Source: Prochlorococcus sp. AG-679-M23
GTDB lineage: Bacteria; Cyanobacteriota; Cyanobacteriia; PCC-6307; Cyanobiaceae
Length of the DNA: 64,000 bases
NCBI GenBank assembly: GCA_003208875.1
Contig: QCUR01000004.1
Span: forward strand, 32,001 to 96,000
Direction of reading: 5' to 3'
In this document: in pieces, positions 52,898 through 64,000 of the stretch
How positions within the stretch are numbered: the stretch's first letter is position 1
How the letters are laid out: every line of letters starts with the position of its first letter
The notes under the pieces: generated by a model
What the model was told of the DNA's origin: nothing
The model's input: the letters and a program-made list of their open reading frames with translations, nothing else
Database searches by the model: none
Made by a program: the position numbers and the translations under genes

Positions 52898-53770
52898 CTA
52901 ATAACTAGAAAATAATTTTTTAAATTTAAATATCCCGTATCTTGGAGCAAATAAAAAAGCAAATAAAAATATAAACGTTTGAACTAATACAATTGAGCCG
53001 CCAGTTTCAAGATCAAACCAAAAGCTAAAATAAATACCAAATACACTTGAAATGATTGCACTAATTACTGAAATGATGGTCATATTATCAAACTTATCTG
53101 TTAATAAATATGCCGTTGCACCAGGAGTAATCAGCATTGCAACAACCAGAACTATTCCAACAGATTGTAATCCAACTACAGCCGCTAAAGACAAGCATGT
53201 AAGTAATAAATAATGAAGAAATAAGACATTAATTCCTACTGTTTTTGCGTGTCTTGGATCAAAACAATAAAGTATTAAGTCTTTCCTAAAAACTGACAAT
53301 AGAATTACCACTAATAGAGAAATAAATACCGTCTGTTTTACATCTGAGAGAGAAATCCCTAGAGGGCTACCAAAAAGAATTGAGTGAAGATCAATATTAC
53401 TTTTAATCTTTGAAACTAAAACTATTCCAAGAGCAAAAAATCCTGTGAAAACCAAGCCAATTACGGTATCTTCTTTAACTCTGGATTTTTGTTTAACAAA
53501 GCCTATTAAAGCTACAGAACCCACTCCAAAAATGAAAGCCCCAAGCGAGAAAGGAAGTCCCAAAGCATAAGCCACAACAACACCAGGCATTACAGAGTGA
53601 GATACCGCATCTCCCATTAAAGCCCAACCTTTAAGTGTTAAATAACTAGATAAAAATCCACAAACAGCTGCTACTAATGAGCTCATCAATAGAGCTTTTC
53701 TCATAAATTCATGAGATAAAGGATCTGCAACAAAAGAAGTTAAGTTTGTAGATAAAAAGCATAGATCCAT
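52898..53770 (-). CDS. mntB: Mn/Zn ABC transporter permease
   Basis: GDAVSHSVMPG, ILFG and LITPGATA. Confidence 0.88.
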   Translation of the reverse strand: MDLCFLSTNLTSFVADPLSHEFMRKALLMSSLVAAVCGFLSSYLTLKGWALMGDAVSHSVMPGVVVAYALGLPFSLGAFIFGVGSVALIGFVKQKSRVKEDTVIGLVFTGFFALGIVLVSKIKSNIDLHSILFGSPLGISLSDVKQTVFISLLVVILLSVFRKDLILYCFDPRHAKTVGINVLFLHYLLLTCLSLAAVVGLQSVGIVLVVAMLITPGATAYLLTDKFDNMTIISVISAIISSVFGIYFSFWFDLETGGSIVLVQTFIFLFAFLFAPRYGIFKFKKLFSSY

Positions 53771-53781
53771 AAAACTAGATT

Positions 53782-54546
53782 TTAAGATTCAGGTCCAAAC
53801 AAGACATCTGGCGACATCCCTCCAAAAGTACTTGTAATATTTTCTGGGGTAAATACTTCCGAAGTCTCTCCATATGCAACAACTGTCTTATTTATTAAAA
53901 TAACTAAATCACAAAATTCACGAACATGAATCATATCATGAGTAGATATCAAAATTGTTTTCCCCTCATTTTTAAATTGAATAAATAATTCTGAGATAAG
54001 TTTCTCAGTTCTAATATCAACTCCCGCAAAGGGTTCATCAAGTAATAGTATTGATGCCCGTTGTGCAATAGCTCTTGCTAAAAAAGTTCTTTTCCTTTGT
54101 CCCCCAGATAAATTGCCAATTGGGGTAGATGAAAATTCCATAAGATCAACTCTTTCTATAGCATCCTTAACAGCTTGAATATCTGATTCTCTTGGCGATC
54201 TCAGAATATTCATTGACCCATATCGACCCATCATTACAACATCCCATACACTTACTGGAAATTGACTATCAATTCCTTCACTTTGAGGAACATATGCAAT
54301 TGACTGTTCTTGTTGAGCAATTCTTAAAGACTCACCATTTATTCTTATTTTACCTTTTGAGATATTTACAAAACCAGTTAAGGCATTAAAAAAAGTTGTT
54401 TTCCCCGCACCATTCATTCCTACTAATCCACAAATTTGTCCAGCCTTTAATCTTAAATTCGCATCATATAAAGCAACTTTTCCGTGATAATCAACACAGA
54501 TATTTTCTGCCTCAATTCTATAACTTTTATAATTAAGTTCATCCAT
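53782..54546 (-). CDS. mntA: Mn/Zn ABC transporter ATPase
   Basis: GMNGAGKT, LSGGQ and LLDEPF. Confidence 0.88.
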   Translation of the reverse strand: MDELNYKSYRIEAENICVDYHGKVALYDANLRLKAGQICGLVGMNGAGKTTFFNALTGFVNISKGKIRINGESLRIAQQEQSIAYVPQSEGIDSQFPVSVWDVVMMGRYGSMNILRSPRESDIQAVKDAIERVDLMEFSSTPIGNLSGGQRKRTFLARAIAQRASILLLDEPFAGVDIRTEKLISELFIQFKNEGKTILISTHDMIHVREFCDLVILINKTVVAYGETSEVFTPENITSTFGGMSPDVLFGPES

Positions 54547-54550
54547 ATTT

Positions 54551-55453
54551 TTAATTGAGGCCTTTTTTAATAAGAGTCAAATTATGTTCAAGCATTTTTA
54601 AATAAGTATTAGCACTCTTATTATCTTGAGAAAGGGAATCAACAAAAAGATCTCCCCCAAACTTTGCTCCTGTTTCACTGGCAACAACCATTTGTGATTC
54701 ATTACTTACAGTGCTTTCACAAAAGACCGATGGGATATTTTTATTTTTTACCAAAGAAATTGTTCTTGCCATTCTTTTCGGTGTAATTTGACTCTCAGCA
54801 TTAACTGGCCATAAATAAGCTTCTTTTAATCCGTAATCATTTGTGAGATAAGAAAATGCTCCTTCACAAGTTACTAGATACCTATTATTTTTCTCAAGAT
54901 TATTAATAAAAAGTGAAAAATCTTTATCTATTTTAGCGATTTTATTCTTGTAGATTCGTCCGTTATTCTTAAATGATTCTGCTTCCGATGGCTTAAATTC
55001 TGATAAAGAATCAACGATAACATCTACATAAATCATTCCCCTTTTAGGAGAAATCCACGCATGAGGATTAGGTTTACCTTTATAGAAATCTTCACTTATA
55101 AAAATCGGTTCTAATTTATTTGAAATAGTTACTCTCTTAATTTGTAAGTTTGAAACAAATTTCTCAGCCCACAATTCAAATCCAAATCCATTATCAATAA
55201 AAACAAAGGCTTTGGAAGCTTTTATAAGATCACTTGGAGTTGGCTGATAACCATGAACTTCAACTCCTGGTTTAGTAATTGATTTAACAACAAACTCCTC
55301 TTTAGCAACATTTTCAATAATATCTGCCAGGACTGTAAAACTTGCCAAAATTACTTCTTTGTTAGTTTCATTTTCAAACACAGTCCTTTTGCAAGAATTT
55401 GCAGTAAGAAATATTAGAAAAGAAAAGACAAAGAGTAATAACTTTTTTTTCAT
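54551..55453 (-). CDS. mntC: Mn/Zn ABC transporter substrate-binding lipoprotein
   Basis: Lipobox-like TANSC, EVHGY, NPHAW, CEGAF and DSL; start set to ATG 55453. Confidence 0.88.
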   Translation of the reverse strand: MKKKLLLFVFSFLIFLTANSCKRTVFENETNKEVILASFTVLADIIENVAKEEFVVKSITKPGVEVHGYQPTPSDLIKASKAFVFIDNGFGFELWAEKFVSNLQIKRVTISNKLEPIFISEDFYKGKPNPHAWISPKRGMIYVDVIVDSLSEFKPSEAESFKNNGRIYKNKIAKIDKDFSLFINNLEKNNRYLVTCEGAFSYLTNDYGLKEAYLWPVNAESQITPKRMARTISLVKNKNIPSVFCESTVSNESQMVVASETGAKFGGDLFVDSLSQDNKSANTYLKMLEHNLTLIKKGLN

Positions 55454-55488
55454 AATTTTCTTTACGACAAGTTTAATTTTTGGAATTA

Positions 55489-56814
55489 TTAGGTGAGTCG
55501 AATCAATGGAATATTTAACTCTGGTATCAAAGATTTCCAATTTATTTTTTCATTTTCAAAGGCTCTTTCAACGATCTTATCAGAGTTTTCTTTTATAAAT
55601 TCCAAATCAGGTTCTGAGACTCCTTTTGTTAAAGCCATGAAATCGGCCAATGAACTTGATACTACTCTTGTTAAATATGCTGCGCTTATTGCTTGGAATG
55701 CCCCAGTTACTAACCAATTTGGGCCATGCAATTTTGTTAAGCCTATTAAAGTCTGACCACTCCATTCAATTACTCCCTGTGCAATTGCAGTCTTGATTAT
55801 TTGTTTTGATACTTTATCCAATATTTCTGGAGACCAATTACATCCCCATATAGACTTAATTTCTTTAATCATTAAGGAATTTAAAACAGTCATTGATAAG
55901 ACATCTATTGATGGAATCGGAGACAAGAAAACAGAAGTAGCCACGATAATTTGATTTCTCCTCTGTAAATCCTTCAACTGCATTCTTCTTATTCCCTCAA
56001 TCTCAGATTGCCAATTCGTATGCAATCTCTTCAAAAGTCTTTTTTTAGTATTTTCAATATTATTATTTGAACTTATAAAAAACTTACGCAAAGAAAAAGG
56101 TATATTTGCAAAGCTATTTTTAGTTTTGTCAAATCTAATTATTCTGTTTGCATATTCTCCTGAAATCTGAGCCTTAACTTCCTCTATTTCATTATTTAAA
56201 TCTAATCCTTTTGTAAATGATGCAACTAACCAAATGGGCATATTATTAGGAAGTTTTTCTAACCACAAAAAATCATTAGCGGATAAAGGTAATTTTAAAA
56301 AATACAAAATAGCATCGCTATTTAAAATTACTTCAGGAACAATTTCAGAAGAATTATATTTTGGAAGTTTTTCCATAAAATTCAATTTAAACTTATCTTC
56401 TTTAAAGTAATTTTTAAATAATGTTGCATTCGACTCAAAATTCTTCTGCCCAATACAATAAATCTCCTCTTTTTTCTCTCTATTTAGTATTAATTCAAGA
56501 GCTTTTTTTCTATTAATATTTTGTTTTTCTAAATTATTATGTAATTCAATTTCCTCGAAGAAATCTAAATCTTCATTACAAAGTTTTATCCAACCATCTA
56601 AGTCCTTTGGCTCATTAAATTTTGGCTTTTCACTCTTTAAGTAAAAATATCCCCCAAAACATAAAATAAAAAAGCCTATTGAACCTCCTGCAAAATTTAT
56701 TAAATCACTTAAAAACCATTCTCCAAAACCTAAAAAAAGTAGAATTATGAATATATTTTTTTTGGGGAACTTTATTAAATCTTTAAAAAAGTTTTCTTTA
56801 CTAATATCAAACAC
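55489..56814 (-). CDS. DUF697/YcjF-family protein
   Basis: SPIPSIDVL and QAISAAYLTRVV. Confidence 0.8.
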   Translation of the reverse strand: MFDISKENFFKDLIKFPKKNIFIILLFLGFGEWFLSDLINFAGGSIGFFILCFGGYFYLKSEKPKFNEPKDLDGWIKLCNEDLDFFEEIELHNNLEKQNINRKKALELILNREKKEEIYCIGQKNFESNATLFKNYFKEDKFKLNFMEKLPKYNSSEIVPEVILNSDAILYFLKLPLSANDFLWLEKLPNNMPIWLVASFTKGLDLNNEIEEVKAQISGEYANRIIRFDKTKNSFANIPFSLRKFFISSNNNIENTKKRLLKRLHTNWQSEIEGIRRMQLKDLQRRNQIIVATSVFLSPIPSIDVLSMTVLNSLMIKEIKSIWGCNWSPEILDKVSKQIIKTAIAQGVIEWSGQTLIGLTKLHGPNWLVTGAFQAISAAYLTRVVSSSLADFMALTKGVSEPDLEFIKENSDKIVERAFENEKINWKSLIPELNIPLIRLT

Positions 56815-56985
56815 AATAATTTAATATCCTTCTCCTTTTACTTTAGTGCAAGTTGTGAATGAAAAAAAGAAAGATTACATAACTCTTCAATTATGGATAA
56901 AATTTTAAAAGTTCAATTTAAGACTTCTTGCATAACTAGGTGGTAAGTTAATAGACTGTTTAAATAAAAAAAAGGAATCTCTAAG

Positions 56986-57450
56986 ATGTCAAATTCCAAT
57001 TACGACAATAATTATGGTCAAGAGAACTACAGAAGCCGTGGTAATAATGATAGATCTAGCTATAGGAACAGATCTGGAGGAAATAGAGATGGAGGAGGAT
57101 TTCGAATAAGATTAAGTGATAATGAAATGAAAGCTGTTAGATCAATACAGGAGGCTTTTCAACTCAAGTCGACAGTCGCAGTTTTAGGATTTTCAGTTAG
57201 AACACTTAGCGAAATGATTGAAGATAAAGATTTAATGGAATCGATAACAAAATTTGCGAGAAATAACAAAAACACATCGTTATCGGGTAAGGCGACAGCT
57301 TCTGAAAAAAGAAGTGAAAAAGTAGTTCCTGATCCTTTTGCAAGGCCAGTTAAAAATACACCTAGTGAACAGACTCAACCTAACAAAGAAGAACTTAAAC
57401 AAGAAATCAAAGAAATCAAAAAAGAACAAGAAGAAGTGGATGACAAATAA
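56986..57450 (+). CDS. Hypothetical protein with an RG-rich N-terminus and RHH-like core
   Basis: GGFRIRLSDNEMKAVRSIQEAFQLKSTVAVLGFSVRTL; overlaps the trpS start. Confidence 0.82.
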   Translation: MSNSNYDNNYGQENYRSRGNNDRSSYRNRSGGNRDGGGFRIRLSDNEMKAVRSIQEAFQLKSTVAVLGFSVRTLSEMIEDKDLMESITKFARNNKNTSLSGKATASEKRSEKVVPDPFARPVKNTPSEQTQPNKEELKQEIKEIKKEQEEVDDK

Positions 57451-58456
57451 AAAAAGGATTCTTTCTGGAGTTCAACCTACAGGAGATTTACATATTGGTA
57501 ACTGGCTTGGAGCTATAAACAATTGGGTTGAACTCCAAGAGAAGCATGAAACATTCCTTTGTGTAGTTGATTTACATGCAATTACTACAGAATACGACCC
57601 CAAACAACTTTCTAAAAATACACTTTCCACTGCAGCTTTATATATTGCTTGTGGTATAAATCCTAAAATTTGTTCTATTTTTGTTCAAAGCCAGATATCT
57701 GCACATTCAGAACTTTGTTGGATATTAAATTGCATGACTCCTATAAATTGGATGGAAAGAATGATCCAATTCAAGGAAAAATCTGTTCAACAAGGAAATA
57801 ATGTTTCTATTGGATTATTTGATTATCCAATCTTAATGGCTGCGGATATTTTATTATATGATGCTGATTATGTTCCAGTAGGGGAAGATCAAAAACAACA
57901 CTTAGAACTTGCGAGAGATATTGCACAACAGAGAATTAATGCCAAATTTAGTAAGGAAGAAAACATATTAAAAATTCCTCAGCCAATAATTATGAAAAAA
58001 GGTTCAAAGATAATGAGCTTAAATGATGGATCTAAAAAAATGAGCAAAAGTGACATTAACGAGGGTAGTAGAATAAATTTATTAGATACTCCTGAAATAA
58101 TTACAAAAAAAATAAAAAGAGCTAAAAGTGATAGTTATATGGGAATGGAATTTAATAACCCCGAGAGGCCTGAATCCAGAAATCTTTTAATGATTTATTC
58201 TTTATTAAGTGGTAAAGAAGTTTCTGAATTAGAGAGAAATTTATCTCAAACTGGATGGGGGACATTTAAAAAAATATTTACAGAACAAATAATAGAATCG
58301 CTTAAACCTATTCAAGAACGATATCAGGTTCTGATAAACGATCCACATGAGTTAAATAAGATACTTATACAAGGTAAAGAGCAAGCTGAAGCAGTGGCAA
58401 ATAAAACCCTTAGTAGAGTTAAATCTGAATTAGGATTCTTTGAAATAGAGAAATAA
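57440..58456 (+). CDS. trpS: Tryptophan-tRNA ligase
   Basis: HIGN, VGEDQ and KMSKS; start set to ATG 57440. Confidence 0.96.
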   Translation: MTNKKRILSGVQPTGDLHIGNWLGAINNWVELQEKHETFLCVVDLHAITTEYDPKQLSKNTLSTAALYIACGINPKICSIFVQSQISAHSELCWILNCMTPINWMERMIQFKEKSVQQGNNVSIGLFDYPILMAADILLYDADYVPVGEDQKQHLELARDIAQQRINAKFSKEENILKIPQPIIMKKGSKIMSLNDGSKKMSKSDINEGSRINLLDTPEIITKKIKRAKSDSYMGMEFNNPERPESRNLLMIYSLLSGKEVSELERNLSQTGWGTFKKIFTEQIIESLKPIQERYQVLINDPHELNKILIQGKEQAEAVANKTLSRVKSELGFFEIEK

Positions 58457-58459
58457 ATT

Positions 58460-60376
58460 ATGCCAGAAATAACATTGCCAGATGGATCTAAAAAAGTATT
58501 TGAAAAACCGGTAACGATTAAAGAAATAGCTCAGAGTATTGGAACCGGCTTAGCCAAAGCAACAATTGCGGGAAAAGTAAATGATGTTCTTTTTGATGCA
58601 ACACTTCCCATAGATAATGATTCTAAAGTGGTAATTATTACATCCCGTGATAAAGAAGGTATTGAGATAATTAGACATTCCTTTGCTCATTTGATTGGTC
58701 ATGCCGTTAAACAACTTTATCCAAATATAAAAATGGCAATTGGTCCGGTAATTGATAATGGCTTTTATTATGATATTTTTTCGGAATATAGATTTACGCC
58801 TGAGGATTTAATAAAAATAGAAAATAGAATTAATAACTTAATTAAAAAAAATTATGATGTTGAGATTTTACAAGTTACCAAAAAAGAAGCAATTAAAACT
58901 TTTCAAGAAAGAGATGAAACTTTTAAATTAAGAATAATTGAAGAAATTCCTGATGAAGGTCTCATCAATTTATATAAACACGAAGAATATATTGATATGT
59001 GCAGGGGTCCTCATGTTCCAAATACAAGCCACCTTAGACATTTTAAATTATTAAAGTTATCTGGTTCATATTGGAGAGGTAATAGTGAAAATGAATCATT
59101 ACAGAGAATATATGGAACTGCTTGGGCTAAAGAGAAAGAACTCAATGATTACTTAACAAGAATCGAAGAGGCCGAAAAAAGAGATCATAGAAAACTTGGG
59201 AAAAAGCATTCACTCTTTCACATACAAGAAGAATCTCCAGGTATGATTTTTTGGCATCCAAATGGATGGACAATCTACCAAGTTCTTGAAAAATATGTAA
59301 GAGAAATACTTAATAAAAATGATTATCTAGAAATTAAAACCCCTCAAGCTGTTGATAAATCTCTTTGGGAAAAATCAGGTCATTGGGATAAATTCAGAGA
59401 AGATATGTTCACTACGGCATCAGAAAATAGAACTTATGCCATAAAACCAATGAATTGTCCTTGCCATATTCAAGTATTTAATCAAGGTTTAAAAAGTTAT
59501 AAAGATTTACCTATTCGCCTTGCTGAATTTGGTTCTTGTCATAGAAATGAACCCTCTGGTGCATTGCACGGTTTAATGAGAGTTAGAAATTTCACTCAGG
59601 ACGACGCACACATTTTCTGTACAGAAGAACAAATACAAGCTGAAGTGTCTACTTTCATTGATCTTGTTTTCGAGGTTTATAAAACTTTTGGTTTTGATGA
59701 AATTATTATCAAATTATCAACCCGTCCTGAGAAAAGGGTGGGTAGTGAAAATATTTGGGATAAATCAGAAGAGGCACTTATTAAGGCTCTTGATAATAAA
59801 AGTCTTAAATGGGAATTACAGCCTGGAGAAGGAGCTTTTTATGGTCCAAAAATAGAATTCTCTTTAAAAGATTGTCTTGATAGAGTTTGGCAATGTGGAA
59901 CAATTCAAGTTGATTTCTCAATGCCTATAAGATTGGATGCAACTTATGTAGATTTAAATAACGAAAAAAGAAATCCAGTAATGCTACACAGGGCAATTTT
60001 GGGATCTTTTGAAAGATTTATAGGAATCTTAATAGAACAATATGAAGCTAAATTTCCAATCTGGCTTGCACCTTATCAAATAATTTTATTGAGTATTACC
60101 GATAGGAATATTGAGAAATGTTTGAAATTTAATCAATTAATAAATAGTAAGGGATATCGTTCGAAAGTTGATATTAGAAATGAAAAAATAGGCTATAAGA
60201 TAAGAGAAGCAACTATTGGAAGAATTCCGTTAATTGCAGTTGTTGGAGATAAAGAGCAACAAGTTGATTCAGTTGCTTTAAGAGCCTTAGATGGAAAAAT
60301 TTTAGGAATTTTTAAGTTAGATGAACTCTATAAATTAATGAATAATTTAATAGAAAAAAAAGGAAGAACAGAATAA
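58460..60376 (+). CDS. thrS: Threonine-tRNA ligase with N-terminal TGS domain
   Basis: ITLPDGS, RHSFAH, KPMNCP and [11 protein letters not shown]. Confidence 0.97.
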   Translation: MPEITLPDGSKKVFEKPVTIKEIAQSIGTGLAKATIAGKVNDVLFDATLPIDNDSKVVIITSRDKEGIEIIRHSFAHLIGHAVKQLYPNIKMAIGPVIDNGFYYDIFSEYRFTPEDLIKIENRINNLIKKNYDVEILQVTKKEAIKTFQERDETFKLRIIEEIPDEGLINLYKHEEYIDMCRGPHVPNTSHLRHFKLLKLSGSYWRGNSENESLQRIYGTAWAKEKELNDYLTRIEEAEKRDHRKLGKKHSLFHIQEESPGMIFWHPNGWTIYQVLEKYVREILNKNDYLEIKTPQAVDKSLWEKSGHWDKFREDMFTTASENRTYAIKPMNCPCHIQVFNQGLKSYKDLPIRLAEFGSCHRNEPSGALHGLMRVRNFTQDDAHIFCTEEQIQAEVSTFIDLVFEVYKTFGFDEIIIKLSTRPEKRVGSENIWDKSEEALIKALDNKSLKWELQPGEGAFYGPKIEFSLKDCLDRVWQCGTIQVDFSMPIRLDATYVDLNNEKRNPVMLHRAILGSFERFIGILIEQYEAKFPIWLAPYQIILLSITDRNIEKCLKFNQLINSKGYRSKVDIRNEKIGYKIREATIGRIPLIAVVGDKEQQVDSVALRALDGKILGIFKLDELYKLMNNLIEKKGRTE

Positions 60377-60385
60377 TTTTCACAG

Positions 60386-61423
60386 ATGAATTTTCTTGCT
60401 TGTGATCTAGGAGGTACAAAAGTTCTTTTAGGAATTTTCAAAAAGGAAGTTAATACTTGTACTCCAAATCTAATTTTTAAAAAAAAATATTTATCTTGTG
60501 AGTGGGATTCAATAGACACAATTTTAGAAGATTTCTTAAAAAATGAATGCAAAAACATTAATCATCCTTTTTCTGCTTGTTTTGCGGTAGCAGGTCCCAT
60601 ATCTAATAACAATGCTAAAATTATTAATTTATCGTGGAATATTTCTGGCGATGAATTAAAAAAGAAATTTAAATTTAAAAATTGCGAGCTAGTAAATGAT
60701 TTTGCAGTGCAAATTTATGGAATACCTTTTTTGAAAAAAAGTCAATATTCGGCTATTCAAAATGGAGACCGGTCAGTAGGCGTCAATAAAGATTTACATG
60801 CAATCGTCGGAGCAGGAACTGGTCTAGGCATTGCAAAAGGCATAATATCTGGAAATAAAGTAAAAGTTTTAGCAAGCGAAGGTGGTCATGTTGAATTCTC
60901 GCCAAAGTCAGAATTAGAATGGGAATTAAAGAATTGGCTCAAATATTCTTTAAAGGTTGAAAGAATATCTTGCGAAAGAATCATAAGTGGGACTGGGTTA
61001 TCAAGAATAGCTGAGTGGAGACTTAGCAAACCTGATGCCAAAAACCATCCTCTACAAAAATACTTAAAAGAATTAAAAACTTCTGATAATTTGAGAAAAG
61101 AACTTCCTCAAGAAATTTGTAATCTGTCGAATCTAGGGGATAAGATAATGATTCAAGTGGAGAGAATATGGTTAGATGCTTACGCCTCATTATTGGGTGA
61201 CGTTGCTCTTCAAGAATTATGTTTTGGAGGGTTATGGATTTCTGGAGGAACCGCTCCAAAACATTTCATAAATTTTAAATCAGGTTTATTTATGAAACAA
61301 TTTTCAGATAAAGGAAGATTAAAAGATATTCTTAAAAATATACCTGTGAACGTAATCTTAGATGAAGAGTTTGGATTATTTAGCGCAGCCTGCAGAGCAA
61401 AAATGCTTTCACAAATAGAATAA
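60386..61423 (+). CDS. glk: Glucokinase
   Basis: DLGGTK, NDF, GAGTGLG and SEGGH. Confidence 0.93.
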   Translation: MNFLACDLGGTKVLLGIFKKEVNTCTPNLIFKKKYLSCEWDSIDTILEDFLKNECKNINHPFSACFAVAGPISNNNAKIINLSWNISGDELKKKFKFKNCELVNDFAVQIYGIPFLKKSQYSAIQNGDRSVGVNKDLHAIVGAGTGLGIAKGIISGNKVKVLASEGGHVEFSPKSELEWELKNWLKYSLKVERISCERIISGTGLSRIAEWRLSKPDAKNHPLQKYLKELKTSDNLRKELPQEICNLSNLGDKIMIQVERIWLDAYASLLGDVALQELCFGGLWISGGTAPKHFINFKSGLFMKQFSDKGRLKDILKNIPVNVILDEEFGLFSAACRAKMLSQIE

Positions 61424-61430
61424 TTTTCAT

Positions 61431-62378
61431 ATGTCTTCTCCAGAAGTAGGAAAAAAAATTATAGTAACAGTTCCTTCTACAACTGCTAATTTAGGTCCTG
61501 GATTCGACTGTCTAGGTGCAGCATTAGATTTATATAACGAATTTATATTTACAAGAATAGATGGAGGGGGAGATCGATTTGATTTGATAATGGAAAGTAC
61601 TGATGGTAATCATTTAAGAGGAGGCCCAGAAAATTTAGTTTTTAGGGCTGCGCAGAAAGTATGGGAAAGTGCCAATATCAAACCTTTCGCCCTTGAAGCT
61701 AGAGTTAAATTAGCAGTTCCCCCTGCTCGCGGACTAGGGAGTAGTGCCACAGCAATAGTTGCAGGACTAATCGGAGCAAATGCGATTATGAACTCCCCTT
61801 TACCTAAAGAAAAACTTTTAGAACTTGCAATTGATATTGAAGGTCATCCTGATAATGTAGTTCCATCTCTTTTGGGGGGGCTATGTTTAACTGCCAGGTC
61901 ATCTTCTCAGAGATGGAGAATTATTAGATGTGACTGGCACGATTCCATTAAAACTGTAGTTGCAATACCTGCTATACGTCTAAGTACAAGTGAAGCAAGG
62001 AGAGTAATGCCGAAGAATGTACCTATTTCTGATGCTGTAACAAATATGGGGGCACTTACTTTATTACTAAACGGCTTAAAAACAGGTAATGATGAATTAA
62101 TAAAAGAGGGCATGTTTGACAAATTACATGAACCATATCGATGGAAGCTTATTAAAGGTGGATTGGAAGTTAAAGATGCAGCACTACAAGCTGGCGCTTT
62201 GGGCTGTGCAATTAGTGGGGCAGGACCAAGTATATTAGCTTTGTGTAAAAAGGATAATGGTAGAGAAGTCAGTCAAGCCATGGTAAAAGCTTGGGAAAAC
62301 TCAGGCGTAGCAAGTAGAGCGCCATATTTGAACGTCCAAACTACAGGCAGTCAATTCAGAGACATCTCTGGTAAGTAG
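61431..62378 (+). CDS. thrB: Homoserine kinase
   Basis: ANLGPGFD, PPARGLGSSA, EGHPDN and SGAGP. Confidence 0.96.
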   Translation: MSSPEVGKKIIVTVPSTTANLGPGFDCLGAALDLYNEFIFTRIDGGGDRFDLIMESTDGNHLRGGPENLVFRAAQKVWESANIKPFALEARVKLAVPPARGLGSSATAIVAGLIGANAIMNSPLPKEKLLELAIDIEGHPDNVVPSLLGGLCLTARSSSQRWRIIRCDWHDSIKTVVAIPAIRLSTSEARRVMPKNVPISDAVTNMGALTLLLNGLKTGNDELIKEGMFDKLHEPYRWKLIKGGLEVKDAALQAGALGCAISGAGPSILALCKKDNGREVSQAMVKAWENSGVASRAPYLNVQTTGSQFRDISGK

Positions 62379-62456
62379 TTTTACTTAGGCGTTTTTAATG
62401 TTATAGTCTCAAGCTAGAACAACTTCAACTAGAATAAAAAAATTATTCATTATTCT

Positions 62457-64000
62457 ATGAATTTAGAATCTTTTCCTTTGCTATCCTCTATTGTTTTATT
62501 ACCCTTAATTGGGGCATTAATAATGCCTTTCTTAAGTTCTAAGGAAGGAGAAGATAATACACTCCCAAGAAATATCTCATTAAGTTTTTTATTTATAGAT
62601 TTTCTTCTCATAATTGGAGTACTTTTCCAAAAATTTGATACAACAAATAGCTCATTACAACTTGTTGAAAGATTAACTTGGCTACCCTCAATAGGCCTAG
62701 AATGGTCTCTTGGCATAGATGGACTATCAGCGCCACTAGTAGCTTTGAGCGGATTAATTACCTTTTTATCAGCTGCAGCTAGTTGGAAAATAAAGAAAAA
62801 ATCTAATTTATATTTTGCTCTTTTACTAATTCAGGCCTCAGCTCAAGCACTAGTTTTCCTTTCTCAAGATTTCTTACTGTTTTTCTTAGCTTGGGAATTA
62901 GAATTGGTTCCTGTTTATCTTCTTATTGCTATTTGGGGAGGCAAGAAAAAATTATACGCAGCTACAAAATTTATTCTTTATACAGCATTAGCATCATTAC
63001 TAATACTTATAAGCGGACTTGCACTTGCGTTGAGTGGTGATACATTTACCCTAAATCTTACCGAAATAACAAATAAACAGGTTACAGGTAGTCTTGCATT
63101 ATTATCTTATCTAGGTTTTCTAATAGGTTTTGGTGTTAAACTTCCCATCTTCCCATTGCATACTTGGTTACCTGATGCTCATGGGGAAGCTAATGCTCCA
63201 GTATCAATGTTACTAGCGGGAATCCTTTTAAAGATGGGGGGATATGCTCTTTTAAGATTCAATGTACAAATATTACCCGAAGTGCATCTACAACTTGCAC
63301 CTGCTTTAATTATTCTTGGAATTATCAATATAATCTATGGGGCCTTAAATGCATTTGCTCAAGATAACGTGAAAAGAAGAATCGCATGTAGTTCAGTAAG
63401 TCATATGGGTTTTGTTCTTCTGGGTATTGGAGCAGTTGATGCGTTAGGTATAAGCGGAGCAATGCTACAAATGATAAGTCACGGACTAATAGCGGCGGCA
63501 ATGTTCTTCGTCACAGGCTCCTTCTATGAGAGAACAAATACTCTGTCAATTCCAAACATGGGTGGCTTAGCAAAGGTCTTACCAATAACATTTGCTTTTT
63601 TCTTGGCGAGTTCACTAGCGTCTCTGGCCTTACCAGGAATGAGTGGATTTATAAGCGAAATCACCGTTTTTTTAGGAATCACAAGTCAAGAAGGTTTTAG
63701 CTCTCTTTTCAGATCAATCACAATTCTTATAGCGGCAATTGGTCTTGTCCTAACGCCCATATATCTTCTTTCGATGTGTAGAAGAGTATTTTTCGGACCT
63801 AGAATTCCTGCGCTAGCTACCGTAAAAGAGATGAATGGTAGAGAATTGACAATCGGGTTCAGTTTATTATTGCCTACTTTAGTAATAGGTTTTTGGCCAA
63901 AAATTGCTATAAATTTATATGAATCTTCAACAAATGCTCTCAGTCAACAACTAACTTTAGCTAAATTAATTGGGTTCATCTCAAATATTAGTCAATTTAA
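62457..64000 (+). CDS. ndhD: NAD(P)H-quinone oxidoreductase subunit 4 (runs off the right edge; missing from the ORF track)
   Basis: Manual translation [17 protein letters not shown]...GIDGLS...[14 protein letters not shown]...LLKMGGY...SHMGF...ALPGMSGF; no in-frame stop seen before 64000. Confidence 0.95.
   Translation, partial: MNLESFPLLSSIVLLPLIGALIMPFLSSKEGEDNTLPRNISLSFLFIDFLLIIGVLFQKFDTTNSSLQLVERLTWLPSIGLEWSLGIDGLSAPLVALSGLITFLSAAASWKIKKKSNLYFALLLIQASAQALVFLSQDFLLFFLAWELELVPVYLLIAIWGGKKKLYAATKFILYTALASLLILISGLALALSGDTFTLNLTEITNKQVTGSLALLSYLGFLIGFGVKLPIFPLHTWLPDAHGEANAPVSMLLAGILLKMGGYALLRFNVQILPEVHLQLAPALIILGIINIIYGALNAFAQDNVKRRIACSSVSHMGFVLLGIGAVDALGISGAMLQMISHGLIAAAMFFVTGSFYERTNTLSIPNMGGLAKVLPITFAFFLASSLASLALPGMSGFISEITVFLGITSQEGFSSLFRSITILIAAIGLVLTPIYLLSMCRRVFFGPRIPALATVKEMNGRELTIGFSLLLPTLVIGFWPKIAINLYESSTNALSQQLTLAKLIGFISNISQF

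Noticed and set aside
63998..64000. TAA at the window end as the ndhD stop
   Set aside because: It is out of frame with the ATG at 62457; the gene continues past the window.

Overview
This is a very AT-rich, gene-dense chromosomal segment of a high-light-adapted Prochlorococcus. The assignment rests on the single pcb antenna gene, lycopene cyclase crtL, ndhD and menB/menD, and the gene order looks MED4/HLI-like from recall. The first ~7 kb is accessory-looking. It holds the 5' part of an NAD-dependent DNA ligase-like gene, tRNA-Ser(UGA) with encoded CCA, an RluF-type pseudouridine synthase, many small hypothetical ORFs, a probable structured sRNA, and an RHH-like/GIY-YIG-like gene pair. The rest is mostly core metabolism: cbiX, SulP, metA/metY, stpA, arsS, fur, MscS, crtL, GltS, pcb, hisS, acs, sds, murI, amidase, comB, aroA, glmU, murF, glgA, menB/D, lepB, a Mn/Zn ABC transporter, trpS, thrS, glk, thrB and ndhD. 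No CRISPR array, integrase, transposase or rRNA was seen. The best lead is an unannotated 508-aa protein with glycerol-3-phosphate-dehydrogenase-like motifs, divergent from a stpA-arsS operon, which may encode an unrecognised glycerol/arsenosugar pathway. Other leads are a DnaA-box cluster upstream of an RHH-like gene, a stand-alone BRCT-like ORF near the ligase, a candidate ~125-nt sRNA, and an ATT-initiated comB overlapped by a tiny uORF. All family calls come from motif recognition by eye; no searches were run.
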